64,000 nucleotides of DNA from Lama guanicoe (lineage: Eukaryota): NCBI GenBank assembly GCA_013239625.1, contig MU053934.1, positions 4,234,399 through 4,298,398 of the forward strand, given 5' to 3'. The translations under genes were made by a program, and so were the position numbers. Each line of letters opens with the position of its first letter. Within the stretch, counting starts at the first letter, position 1. Shown here piece after piece: positions 26,749 through 40,320 of this stretch. The notes beneath the pieces were generated by a model. That model did no database searches. It was not told where the DNA came from and worked only from the letters and a program-made list of their open reading frames with translations.

Positions 26749-29700
26749 GATCCTTCCACTGTGACCCGGAGGAGAGAGTGGGGATTTCAGGAGGTGCTGG
26801 GACCGGTAATTAAGACAAACCCAGGAGACTCAGGAGGCAGGCCCTGCCAGCTCAGTGGGAGCAGAAAATGTCTCTCCCCAAGGGGTGCTGTAGAAAACAG
26901 GAAAAACCACGAGAAATGAGTTGGCTTTAAAATCATACATCACAAATTAGAAATGTCTCAGTAACAATTTGACACCTCCCCGTCTCAACTCCTCCACATC
27001 CTTTTCCAAATGGCCAGCAAGTCTGCAGACGGGAGGATGAGTCAACACGAGATGCTGGGACCTGGTTAAGAACACGCTGGTACGATGCTGCAAGCCCACA
27101 CTGTCATTATCAAGACAAATACTGACTGTGGGCCAGGCCGAGGGCGGAGCCTGGAGCTAGCAATTAACGAATGCAGCTTCTCTGCATGCCCACTATGTAT
27201 GTACACAGTCCTCACTTCCCAGCAGACGTGCTTAGGAAGTTAAATGTCAGGTCACGTTCAACAGCCCCGGGCTTATGGGCAAGCAAGTGCCTCCTTCCGT
27301 GGGCCCTGGCTCTGTGGGAGGAATGGAACAGCGATGCTCTGTGCCCTCCTTGGCAGGCCAGGCTGCCCAGCTCCTCCTGTCCACTCCCCCAGGCCACCGT
27401 GTCCCGGTGGGCTGGCCCAGGAGTTGGGAGGCCTGGGTGCTAGTTAGGCCTGCTCATTAGCTGTGTGGTCCTGGGGCTCAGATTCCTCATCAGTAACACG
27501 ATGGTAGTCCCATCTCTCTCATGGGGCTGTTATGAGAATCAAATGACATGATGAATGTAAAGCAACTAACAAGTGCGAGGCACACAGTAGGCGCTCAATA
27601 AACTGTCCTTCCCTCCCTCTGACTCCTAGGGGAATCACACGAGGATAGGAGTGGAAAGTTATAAAGCCTAATACACACATAGAGATTTTTTTCCCTTCCA
27701 AATCTAGTTACCGAAAAACAGATGGGGCTTTTGCTGAAAGGTTGGGCCTGGATCCTAAATGACTGGGAGCAGTGCTGGAAATTCTGCTCTTTCTCTTCAT
27801 CCTACAATTCAATTTATCCTATAATTCAAAGAATTTTTTATCTCAGAAATATCACTATATAAGTGAATACAAGCCACTTTGTTGTTAAACCCTTTCTAAC
27901 CACCCATATTGGTTAAAATACAGCCAAATAATGTTATTCCAGCATTTTCCCCATTTCCAAATAAATTTACTTTCACCATACAGCACCACCAAACCCTGAC
28001 GATGCTTAGCACAGTAACTAACAGGGAGGTGGAGACATGTGACGTTCACTGGATTTCCTGTGCGCTGGACGCTGTTCTAAATGTTCCACGTGCATTTACG
28101 CAGCCCAGCGCCACCAACATCCCCAGACTCAGGTCCTGCACAAATGGAGGCACATAACCGCTGTGAGGCTACCCTGAAGGTCAGACAATGGGCAGCAGAG
28201 CTGGGGTTTGAATCTGGGTACCATCTCAAGTATGGGCACTCCTGATTCCTCCTCCTGAGACCTCCTCCCAGCAGTGGCACACAGTAGGCATCCACAAAAC
28301 TGATCTCTGTGCGTGACCTCTTGTGCGGCTCCTACGAGCCTAGCAGTGAGATAAACATTTGATCATCCCCGTCAGTGTTTCCTGTTCTAATGATAAGTTG
28401 AGCCTTGTTTGGCCAAGCATTGAACTTTCTGTGCATTTTTTCCGGGCTGTGCTCTCAGCCCCTGCTCTCACTCCCTGATGCTTCAGAAGTCCTCAGCGCC
28501 ACTCCATGTGGTCGGCTCCCTCGAGCGAGGCTAGAAGCCTGGCACCGACTCCAACATCCACAACACTGGTATTTTCTGATTTCCCAGTGGACAGACGGCT
28601 CCTCTTAGCTCATCAATTCTGGGCATTTGTACCACTCAGATATTAGCAGTTTTTGTTTGTCTCTACATAGAAGCTGGCAAATTACCAAGCACCATCTCAT
28701 TGTACTTTCTGCTCATGTTTCTTATTTCACAAAATCCAGTGCATCATTTTGTCTTTTCTCATTAATGTTAAGGCCCAGTCCCACTTCATCATCCTAGATT
28801 TCCTTGGTAAAGGCCACCTGATTTCCTCCTCCTCCACATTATGGAGGGGTGACAGAGGGCGGGGGTTGCACTGACAATCAAAGGACAGGGCTGTGAGCTT
28901 TGACGGCCTCCCGACATTTTCCAGTGGGAACAACGCAAAATGCTGAAGCGGCTGCTTAGGCACTTTCCACCTGAATATTTCAATTTGATTCAGTTCATCC
29001 TCTGGGCTAGGAGGTGCTTGCCTGGAGGAGAACTCAGAGGCAATGTGCCCATGCCTGCCCTCGGTGGAGTTAGGGTCTGTGACCGCTGCCTGGACTCTGC
29101 TTTAATACGTGGAATCCTGATGAAGACATCAGAGGTATTATTACCAAAGCCCACTCTTCAGGAACAAAGCGGAAAAAGCCACTGGGACAGGTGTTTTTTT
29201 CCTTTGTGGGAGGACATCACCTTGTAGAGAAGGTACAGGACCACAGGGTGGAGTATTCAAGCTGGAACGCTAGCTCTGTGACTGAAATCAACTCTGCCCC
29301 CTTCCCTGCTGCGCAGCCTTGGGCAAGTAATTTAACTTGAGCCTTGGTCTCCTCTTCTGTGAAATGGGATAACCCCATCTCATTCTCAGAGAGCTGTTAC
29401 AAGCACCAAGTATCGGCATGTGAGTGTTTTGAAATTTTATAAGCTCTCTGCACTCTCAACATCACGCTGCTCCTATCACCACCATGTTCCCAGCCAGGAC
29501 TTCGTCAGCATCATTCAACCACGTTTATTGAGGATCACAATTGCGAATAGCTCTTCCTAACCGCTACACGAACTTCTGGGGAGCCAAAAGGGATGAGACT
29601 TAACAGAATAAAAAGGAACAGTTATAGATGATGTGCTTCCAAATATGGAAAGGTAGGAGAATTTTTTATGACGCTGTATCATTATAGTACAGCTATAGTC

Positions 29701-32399
29701 ATTCAGCCACGATTTAAAAACCCTGCTGAAAGAATGCTACTGAAAATAGCAGAACTAGAGGTTTTAATAACCTTATCAATCTTCCATGCAAATGAGTGTG
29801 TGCCTGACAGGCCCAGGCCAGGAAGAAGCTGGGTCAGGCCTAAAAGAGAGCCTTTTTAATAATGTAAGTGTGTCCTGGGCCAGGGCACTTGCATCTGCTG
29901 GGTCCCAGGCTCAGCCGTCCCAGGGCCCAGCCTGGTGCGCAGAGCCAGTGGCGGCCTTGCTCCCCCTCCTGCCCTTCATTCTTCTCCTCATCCAAGGGCC
30001 CCTCTAAGCACTTTATACAGCCTCGCCTGTGTCTGCTGCAAGGCTTCTTCTAGGGAACAGGAGGCAAAGGCTCTTTATCTCATCATCTTGTCAAAGCTAG
30101 CATCCCTTTTCCCACTGTCCCTTGTTCTTTTGTGGTGCCGACCTCAGTCACTATTTATTATTTTGCTTCTGAAGAGTTTGGGAAGAATCTTTAAGAGGGT
30201 TAGGGGATGTGCGAAGGATGAGGAAAAATGAATGAATTTGGGGAAGTAACACCTCAAGTGTCCACCAGCCCCCTAGAGGGGCCCCAGCCACTCAGTGCCT
30301 GACCACGCTTGGCTCATAGACCATGGCTCGCCACCCTTTACCACCTTCCGCATCTGAGAGAGCATGGCACTATGGTTTGAGTGCAGGCTCCACAGGCAGA
30401 TCTGAATTCACATCTCAGTCTGTCTTGGATGAGTGTTTACCTCTCTCTCAGCCTCGGTTTTCTCATCTGGAAAATGGTCCTAAGAAGAGACTCTAGCTCA
30501 CGGTGAATGTCAGCTCTGGTTAGTGGTGCAGTAGGAAGGGGAAGGCAATGTCCTTCTTCAGATATTCGCCACCTAGATTGCTCAGCACTCAGCCAAACAA
30601 ACCAACCTTCACCGGGTTCCCCCTTGGTGCTGTTAGAACTGAAGCAGGAAAGAGTCCCACGGAGATGCTGGGCACACAGCTGGGCCAGGTGGGCCGGGGT
30701 TGGGGGATGGTGGTGTGGTTACACTGCTTTCAAACTTACTGTCTCATTTCAGCCCCTCACCGCCTGTAGGGGCAGCACCCACTCCCAGTTCTCACACAAG
30801 GCACTGGGGCTCAGAGAGGTTTGGGGGCTGGCTTGTGGGTACACAGCCGGCCCTGAGAGAGCCAGGATCAGAACCTGTTCTTCTGACTCTACCTTCTATG
30901 CTTTCTCCCGTCACAAGCAAGTCGGAGACAAGACAGTAACACAAATAACATCACTCCTCAGCAGTCCCCAGTCCAACCTCCTGTCCAGGAGCGCCCCCTC
31001 CCTCCAGCCGTATCAGGGATACACATGCACTTGGGCACCTCGGTCACCCTCCTGCCTCTGCCTGACACGTCCGCTCTCTGTCTTCTGGCAAACAAAGAGC
31101 AAAGCCGGTAAGGTGAGGAGGAAGAAACCGAAGGACTTGAGGGCATTCATCTAAGATGTCAGTGCTGAAGTCAGGAAACAACATGGAAGATCTGTATTTC
31201 ACAATCAGTTTAAAATGGGGGAAGCAAATAGGATTGCCATTTTAAAATTTTGTTAAATAAGAGCATTAAAAAATTTACCATCTACTATAAAAGAAAGTTT
31301 TAATAGCAAGAAGGAGGTGATTGCAGAATAAAGAAGAATCCTACTTGAGAAAAGACCATTACTTTTCATACACACAAAGGTTTTTTTTTCTCATCACCCC
31401 CACTTTTTCTCATTTCACTGAGGTCCAGTGAAAACTTCTGATGTGCCTTAAACCATGGGGGGTAGGGGGAGGGAAAGAAAGAGAGGGAAGGAGAGAAAGA
31501 GATGGAGAGATGGAGAGAGACAGAGACATTTTCTTTATGTATAAGATGATGTAATAAACAACTGACTCACGTGGTACACCCTTGTGGACATAACCAAATT
31601 TGGATGAAATCCAAACTTTTCTGTCAAGATACAAAGCATAGCTATTGCAGCCATTAGCTCCACAGGAGAACAGATGCTTTCCTGCAGACAGTGGATTACG
31701 TAGTCTCTGGCTCCCCTTTCCCACCCCCACTCCCGCTTTCTTACTCAAGAGTACAGATTTGAACATAAGGGACTAAGAATGACGTTATTACAGAAATAAA
31801 TTGGAGTCAGCACTGATTTGTTTTTAAATCATTCATGATTACTAATTACTGGTGACATCTCACAGGCAGTCACGGCTCAGCAGTGTGTCGTGAGTCCAGA
31901 CCGTCACCGGGGGTGAAGGATTTGATCTGTTCTCCTGTAGATGCCCCGGAGCACAGAGTCCAGTGTCAGACACGTGGTAAAAGCCCAACGAATACCTACA
32001 TTGTAATTAAGTTATATTTCATTTGCCCCCTGGGAAGGGACAGAACCTATCAAATCCATTCACTATTTATCGAGCACTGACCTTGAACAAGGCAATGGGG
32101 TGGCTGTTGTACATAGAGGAGCTCATTTACTTACACCCAAGAACTCTGTCATATGGGTACTATTATCCCTACTTTTCTGATGGCCACTCAGGCTGAGAAA
32201 AGGAAAGTGACTTTCCACCTGGCTGATAAATGGAGGAGTTAGGACTCAATCAGCTATATATGAATTCAGGATTATGCTTTTTCAACTACTCTGCTATAAG
32301 CAAGAGACAGTCTCTGCTTTCAAGGAGACCAACACAGACACACAAGGAACTACTGATGGCTCATAGAAGAAAGCAGTAAGTGCCACAAGATAGATGTAG

Positions 32400-33400
32400 A
32401 GATAGAGGAAAGAGGAGAATTCTGGAGAGGGTAGGGAAGGACGGAAAAAATACTTGGTGGCAGGGGCAGCATCTGAGTCAGACCTTAAAAGGTGAGTGGG
32501 AATCCTGAAAGGTGGGCAAGGTGAGGAAGCCCTTCCAGGCAGAGAGACAAACAAACACAATGATGTCAAAGCAGAAAGCTCAGTATTTTCTGGGAAAGCC
32601 CAATAGTCCCGTTTGGCTGAAAGGAGAACTTGGCAAAGGAGAAGAGAGAAAGCAGGCTGGGAAAAAGGCTGGGGTTGGCTGTGGACGTGTAGAAGGGTCC
32701 TAAGACCCAGGCTTAAGAAGTACGGCTATTTTCAGTGGAAAATGAGAAGCTCTCTGGAGGTCTCTTGGGGATTGGTGACATGGTTGTGTTTTCCAGGTTG
32801 TGTTAACTTCTGTGGGTTAACAGGAGGAGGAGAGACTGGAGGCTTGAATACCAGTTAGGAAGCTACAGCAATGGCCCAGATGACAGGCATTAAAAACTTG
32901 AACTGGGATGGTGGCTTCAGGCATGGAGAGAATGTGACATCCTCGCAGAAGCAGAATCAAAGTGACTTGACATTGCCTGAGTAGGATGGGCATGGCAGAG
33001 TGATGGACGATGCCCCAGGAGGATTGTGGTGTCATTGAGAGAGACAGGGGAAGTCAGGTAGAACAGATGGGTAGCTAGCGATGCGGGCCAGCTTGATTTC
33101 TGAACTACTGAGTTTTAAGTTGTTGGCGAGATACGCAAATTGAGGTGTCCCATCAGGAGTAGGTAATCACGGAATCATGGATTATCGCGGGCAGAGGGGA
33201 AGCCATCAAATCCAACTACCACACCCGCTTATCAATCTCCACTCCAACCCCCACCCCCAAAGTATCCCTAACCATGGAAGTCCAGAAGAAAGATCAGAGC
33301 TGGAGATGTAGATCTGAGGGTGAAATGGAGAAATGACAGCTGACACAGGGGGAGCTGGTGACGCCTTTCAGAGGGGGAAAATGTGCAGAAGTAAGAGACA
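32400..33400 (-). mobile_element. Degenerate L2 LINE fragment
   Basis: Purine-rich antisense-L2 motifs ('gcatctgagtcagaccttaaaagg', 'ttccaggcagagag', 'ccagttaggaagctacagcaat', 'gagctggagatgtagatctg'). Boundaries approximate. Confidence 0.6.
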
Positions 33401-33759
33401 CAGGAAGTTAAGTACATATTATCTTCAGAATCCTCCAAGGAGATGTGCTGCAGTATCCTAATTCTATATATACTCAGACTGGAGCCCAGGGAGATTAGGT
33501 AACTTGCTAGGGTCCTGCAATTGGGAATCTAAAGTAGGTTTGTCAAGTTCTTTTCATTACACCTGATACCTCCCACGAGTACCACATCCTGGGGGAAGCC
33601 TACAGTTAGTTGGGTCAAAGAATCACATCCTAGAACGTCGGAGTCGAAGAGGCCCTAGGCATCATTCAACTTAATTTCTTATTTACAGATAGGGAAACTG
33701 AGGCCCAAAGAGGGAAATGACCCGCCTGGAGTCCCAGCACGTCGTCAACTATCCAAGTC

Positions 33760-34380
33760 AAGTGGTCTGGATGGAAGCGACGGCAACCACCCGCTCAGCC
33801 ACAGGAGTAGGGGGTTACTTCGCGAAAGATGGGGGAATCAAGGTGCAGGAGGGAGTCGGGTTAGGGAGGACGAGCGAGCGTGAAGCTGGAGGGGGCCTCA
33901 GGTGGGTGGGGAGAAGCGGCCTGCAGAGTCGCGACGACGAAACTGTCTGGACCGAGCTTGCAGGTCCCCGAAGAGGGGGGGCGGAGGGCGGTTGGGAGGA
34001 TCTGGAACTGGGACCAACAGGCAGGAGGCTGAGGTGGGGCCTCCGCGGTGGACGAGGCTCCGCCCGCTCCGCCAAGCCTCCCGGCGCCCCTTCGGGCCGG
34101 CCCTCCCCGCCCGGCTGTCCGTCTCGCCCCGGGGCCTCACCTGCTCCCGCGGGGGCCGGAGCCAGGGCCTCACCGAGCGCACCCCCGCCAGGGTTGTCAA
34201 GGAGCGAAACAAGAGTGTCTTAGCAACAGCAAGGAAGTCCTGCCCCCTCACCGGACGTTGACTGGAATTTTACTTCTTATTGGTGAATAACAATGTCAAT
34301 CAACATTGAAGGGTCCTACAACGTAGAGATTTGTACGGAAAGGGGCGTGACTTATATGTTAGGGAGGCGGGGCTTCACTT
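33760..34380 (-). promoter_or_regulatory. DNAL4: DNAL4 CpG-island promoter and non-coding exon 1 (TSS ~34230-34260)
   Basis: CpG island with GC boxes (GGGGCGTG ~34342, GGGAGGCGGGGC ~34362), ETS core GGAAGT ~34233 and an RFX-like site at 34215-34227. Two candidate donors on the minus strand: CG|GTGAGG after 34174 and CAG|GTGAGG after 34141. Confidence 0.8.
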
Positions 34381-35699
34381 ATAGTTGTCTTAAATGGGCC
34401 TGAGGAGCTGGGCAAACACACAAGTTCTCATTTTAGAAAAACTTTGCAAAGCAGTATTGCCTGGGGCGTTTCTTTTAGTCATTTAAAATAACAAATGCAA
34501 TTTGTCGGTGTCATGACACTGATATGCTTCTTTATTAGGACCTCAAAAACCTAATAATAAGCATTTATGTAGGGCTTTACAATGAGTATCGCACCTGATT
34601 CTCACCACAATTCTTTTAGGTAATAGTATTCGTAACCACATCCATCTGAAGTAATGTTCAGAGAGATTAAATAACTTGTAAAGGGAAAGAATCAATGTTA
34701 AGTTCCTGGAAGAGGAACCCAAGGGCTCTTTCCGCTGCAGCACGCCCTCATATAGTTGCCTAGTGACTTAAAGATACAGTTGTCCAGAGCTTGCCTTTTC
34801 TTCCCCTTAGGAGGGAAAATTAATCTGAAAGTATAAGTACAACTAGGAGGAAGGGAAATGGGGGAAGGGAGAACCACCTGCAGATCTAATTGTGTGATTG
34901 GTGGATCAAAGGGTCAGTAGAGTACTCCATATTTTTAAAATTTACTTTATCATGATGGGTAGTTTGGGGGAAACTCCACTTCAAATTCACTGGCACCTAC
35001 TGGGAACTCAGCCCTGGCCAGGTGCTGATGATTCAGAGAGGAGTGAGATGAGGACCTTGCTCCCAGAGAAGTGGGGGGAAAGTTATGTCAACAAATAGAT
35101 ACAGAGTAACTCACTCTATTTGTGCTCAGGTAGAAGTGTGGGCAAGGTGCTGGTTCTTTCCAAGGAGGGAGTAACTCTCAGAGAAGGTGGTGCTTGAGTT
35201 GACTGAGTCTAAGATGACCAGTGGGCTAATGAGGGTGAGAGAGCACAGTTCACTTGGGAACCACTGGTGGCTCCATGAGGCCTGGGTGGAGGATGAATGT
35301 GGCGTGAATGGGAGAGAATGGAGAAGAGGATGGAGGTGAAGATGTGGAGGAAAGGATATCAAATGCCAGGTTCAGGGAGATGAGGTGAGAGTGGAAGAAG
35401 GTAGCTATTGGAGGATTTTAAGTAGGGCAGAAACATGGGAAGATTTGGGTAATGGAAAGATCATTCGGGTGGAGGAGATGGTGAACTGGACTTGGAATAG
35501 GTAGAGGAAGGCAGGCACAGCGGGTTTAATTTTGAGACTTGGAAGCTTGAGGTGTGTCAGGCCCTTGCCGATTCCCAACTTGCCTCCCTGGTGCGTCTGA
35601 GGGTCCATGGAATATCTGACTCAGCCTCCAGATTTCCCCAATCCTCTTTGCCAGATTTCTCCAGGAGATGAAAGGTGGCCTTTGAGGGGGATGAATCTC

Positions 35700-37490
35700 T
35701 CGCTTCCGCCTCTCATCCAAATTTCTCCCCAAAGGGGTCCACATTTGCTGTCTTCTCTTTCTCACCTCCCATTCATTCTTCAACCCACTGCAATCTGGTT
35801 TCCACTCCCACTACACCACCAAAATTCCCTCTTCCATGGTTACCAGTGACCTCCTGAGGAGCAGAATCTGATAGACCCTTTTAGTCTTTATCTTATGGGA
35901 ACCATCCCCTCTGCTGGTGTATATCTGTTGACTACACCCATCTTCATGAAATTCTCCACCCCAGAGATAGTGCCTGCAGAACTCTTTACAATGCAGATTC
36001 CAGGGCCCCTCAGCATCAGAATGGTGAAGGGCAGTAATTTTTATTTTTCACAGGCACTCCTGGTGCACACTCACAATGGAGAGTCACTGCTCTATCCTAA
36101 CACCTGGGGCACCTCATTCTCCTGGATCTCCTCAAACCTCTCTTCCTTTCTGGCTCCTTCTTCCTTTGATCTCTGTGCCCACCTTTATCCTCTTTTCTTT
36201 TCATCAGTTGCCTCAAATTCCTTCCTACCCCTCTTCATCAGCAAGAGTTTCCCTTGGTCATGCTTCCTAGAGTATTTACTGGAATTGAGGGTTGGGTATG
36301 TATTTTGGAAAACCTCTCTGGTGATTCCAAACACTCTCCCAGGGAGTTAGGCCACCCATATCTCCACAAATATCTTGTGGAGAATTGCTGCCTTATCTAC
36401 TGTCCTTTGGGGATCTCATCCTCTCCATGGTTCCATTGTCAATGTCCTTGTAGATTCTGATGGTGTCTGTGTTTCTCTCTCCAGATTAGACCTCTCATGG
36501 GAGCTACCAGCCTAAATATCCAACAAATCCTTGGCTATCTCCACCAGAATGTCCCACAAACCCTTCAAACTCAATGTATCCCAAACTGAATTGATCATCT
36601 TCCTCCAAACTGCTCTCCTGAATTCCCCATCTCAGTAAATGGCACCCACCCCTCCTCCCCAGTTTCCTCTATCAGAAACCAAGGAATCTCCTCCTTCCCT
36701 CTTCCCCCTCCCATCACCCATCTCAAGTCAATCACAAGCCTGCTGATTCTAACTCCTGTGTCTTGAATACAGCTCCTTCTGGCCATCTTCACGGCACTCC
36801 CCATGTACACAGCACCATAATCCCACCTGTATTATTGCAACAGCTTCCTGATAGAACTGCCTGACTGCAATCTTGCCCTTCTCTAAATCCACCTTCCTTA
36901 CTGCAGTTGACGTGGTACTTCTAACACCCAAATTTCACCACTGCATTCCTCTCCTTAACTATGCCTTCCCTCCCTCCACGGTTCCCCATCGCCTACTGAG
37001 TGACATCTAGATACCATAACCTGGAAATCGAGCCCCCCGTGGCATGGCCCATGGGTGCTTCCATCTCCCTGCTCTTCCTTCCTCTGTGCTTTATGCGCCA
37101 GGCACCCCAACTCTTATGGCTCCCCAGATGCTCCATGCTGTTTCTCACCTCCCTGGATTTGCTCACACATCCTCTTTGCCCATATTCTCCCTCTGCTCTT
37201 CCCTCCTTTTAGCTATAGGAGCCCATACACTTTTGGTCTTAGCTTGCACACATTGGGATTCTGTCACTTGCAACCAGAAAAGTCCTTTGTACTCCTATCT
37301 CATGTGGTGTGCATTCCTGTCACTTCTCTTCTCCACTGTTTTATACTTGAGTTTAATTCTCCATCTTCCCCTGTGAGCTCCAGGAGATCAAGGACCTTGT
37401 CTTATTCCTCTCTACAACCCTGTGTTCCACACAGGGTCTAGCAGAGAGTAGGTGCTTAGTAAATGTTTCACGAATGAATGTGTGAGTAAA
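35700..37490 (+). mobile_element. L2 LINE fragments
   Basis: 'ttcttcaacccactgcaatctggtttcc', 'cccttcaaactcaatgtatcccaaactgaa' and the terminal 'agagtaggtgcttagtaaatgttt..gaatgaatg'. Interrupted by other old repeats. Confidence 0.7.
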
Positions 37491-37649
37491 TGAAATAGAA
37501 TCCTACCCTACTTCTTCAGACTCAGCTCTTGTTCCCCGAGACTCAGACATTCCAGCTACACCCTTTCATGCGCTGCTCCTGCTGTTTAGAATGGTTAATG
37601 GCAGACACCCCAGAATCAGTTAGGAATTGGATCAGCTGTAAGTAACAGA

Positions 37650-38020
37650 TATTGGGAAAATAGTGACTTAAAATGACACAAATTTACTGTCTTAGAGTTT
37701 TGGAATCAGAAGTCTGAAATGGGCCTCAGTATGATCCCAGGGCTGTGTTCCTTCCTGAGGCTCTGAAACTATTTCCTTCTCTTCTCCAGCTTTTAGAGAC
37801 TTCCTGCCTTCCTCTGACAGTGACTCTTCAGTCTCTTTCATATCTGAGGACCCTTGTGATTACATTGGGCCCGATGAGATAATCCTAGTTCATCTCTTTA
37901 TTTCATGGTCATTTGACTGAGTAGCAACCTTAATTCCATTTGCAGCCTTATTTCCCTTTGCCACGTGACAAGTATTCACAGGTCCTGGGGATCAGGATGT
38001 AGACATCTTTGTGGTGAGCA
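37650..38020 (-). mobile_element. MLT1-family LTR, antisense
   Basis: 'aaatttactgtcttagagttttggaatcagaagtctgaaat', 'gggctgtgttccttcctgaggctct', 'ggacccttgtgattacattgggccc', 'tattcacaggtcctggggatcaggatgtagacatctttg'. Confidence 0.8.
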
Positions 38021-38039
38021 TTAATTTACTTATTTACTC

Positions 38040-40068
38040 AGTATGGGTAAAATTTTCACATGTCATTGGAAAGAATGTCTATTCTGTAGTTGCTCTATTA
38101 GGTCAAGTTTGCTTATCATTTTGTTCAAATGCTCTGTACTCATACTGAATTTTTTCATCTGCTAGCCCTATAAATTACTGAGATAGGTGTGTTAAAATAT
38201 CCCACTCAATTATGGATTGGCAACTTTTCCTTTTGTTTCTATCAATTTTTACTTTATATGTTATGAAGCTGTGTTAATACATGCCTGTAAATTTATAATT
38301 GTTATATCTTCCTAAGAGATCGATTCTTTATCATCATGAATTGTGCCTTTTATCTCTATCAGTGATTCTTGTCTTTTTTTAAAATTGAAGTATAGTCAGT
38401 TACAATGTGAATGCTTCTTGTCTTAAAGTCTACTTTGAACTAAGTATATTTACAACTTTCTTTGAATTAGTATTTGCATGGTCCATATTTTTCTGTCTTC
38501 TTAATTTCAACGTTTCTATAGAATACTTTTAAAGCCCAGTTTGACAATATTAATATTTTCATCAGAATATTTATCTTTTAATATTTAATATAATTACCTA
38601 CTGACATTAAATTTCGGTTTAAATCAATCACCTTACCATTTCTTATTTATTCTACCCTTTCTGTGTTTTTTTTTTTCCTCTTCCTTTTTTGGCCTTCTTT
38701 GGATTTTTATTGTTCTACTTTTTTCTCCTGTAGTAACTTGTTACACATCCTTTTATTTAGTGATTACTCTAGGAAGATATAATGTTGATTCTAGACTTAT
38801 TAAAGTCTAAAGTAAAATTAATACTTTGACTGCTTCCAGGACCATGCAAGGATATTAGAATATTTTAATAGCATTTACCTCTTCCTGCTTTTTAGTCTGT
38901 TGCTGCCATGAATTTTAAAGCTTATGAGACATCTATTTTTTTCAGTTGATACTAACTTAGATTTGTCCACATAGTTACCCTTTCCTTTGTTCTTCACTGG
39001 AATTCCCATGTTTCCTTTGAGGACCTTTCTCCTTCTTCCTAAGGAATTTCCTCTAGTCTGTCCTTTAGAGAAGCTCTGTTGGTAACAAAAACCATTGGTA
39101 ATAAATATTGTTTTTTCCTTTGTCTGAAAACACTTCATTTCATCTTCATTTTTGAAGGGTTTTCAATGAATATAGAATTTCCAGGGTGGCAGTTATTTCC
39201 TTTCAGCACTTTCAAGGTGTCATTTTATTGTCTTCCTTTTCCCATTCCTTCTATTGAGAAGTTAGCTGTTGTTCTGGTCACTGCTCCTTGGAAGGTAATG
39301 CATCTTTTTCCTTTGGGACCTTTTAAGAATTTTTCTTTGTCTTTGATTTTTCAGCTGTTTCACTGTCGAAGTCCTAGTTAGGGTTTTCTTTGCATTTCTT
39401 GTGCTTGGAGTTCCATGAGATTCTTGAATCTGTGGCTTAATGTCTTTCAATGGTTTCTGGAAAATTCTCAGACATTGTCTACTCAAATATTATTTCTGCC
39501 CTATTTTCTCTCCCCACGTCTGGGACTCCTGCCATGTTAGACCTTTTCATTATGTCCCATGTTAAGCTTATGCTTTTTTTCTCCAGTACTTTCTGTTCTT
39601 TTCCCTCAGTCTTTTTTAAGGATCATTTCTTTTGAGATCTCTAATAGAGTTCACAAGTCCTTCTTCAGCTGTGTCTGGTGTGCTGTTGAGCTCCTAAGTT
39701 CAGTGAATGTATTTTTCAGTTCTAGATTTTTCATTTGAGTATTTTTTATAGTTTACAGTTCTCTGTTGAAATTCTGTTTGTCATCTGAATTCTTAAAGAT
39801 GTTAATAATAATTATTTTCAGGCCTGGGTCTTAAAACATCACTATATGACTCTCCTATAGAGATCTTTTTAAAATTAGACTTTGAATTTTGAGATAATTA
39901 TAGATTCACATTAAGTTGTAAGAAACAATACAGAGAAATTCTATGTGCCCTTTATCTAGTTACCTCCAATGGTAACATCCTGCAAAACTGTAGTACAATA
40001 TCACAACCAAGATGTTGACATTGATACAATATTATTGTTCCCTAAATTTCCCCAGTTTCACTCAGATT

Positions 40069-40107
<39 letters not shown>

Positions 40108-40320
40108 TTATTTACTTCCATGGAATTTTATCATATGTGTAGATCTATTTGCTTTAAAATTTTTTCCCTCTTGATTCTCAGTCACTCAGTTTTGTCTCCA
40201 GATATGTCTGACAATTTCTTATTGAATGCCAAACCTTGTGCAACAAAAATATGTGCGTTTGAATGATGTTATCTTCCTCCAGAGAGAATTTACTTGCTGG
40301 AAAGGGAGGCACACCCCTTG
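38040..40320 (-). mobile_element. Old L1 (L1M-type) remnants, antisense
   Basis: T-rich ~2.3 kb block with 'gaaagaatgtctattctgtagttg', 'ctattgagaagttagctgt' and 'tctggaaaattctcagacatt'. The minus ORF 39262-39486 (PQIQE..TPS..N.KK..R....QLKN...KILK) resembles degraded L1 ORF1. Confidence 0.8.
40071..40103. repeat. (TG)n microsatellite
   Basis: Pure run of ~16 TG units. Confidence 0.95.

Noticed and set aside
30507..31154. 215-aa ATG-initiated plus ORF in DNAL4 intron 1
   Set aside because: Partly MIR-derived, with random-looking composition and no homology I recognise.
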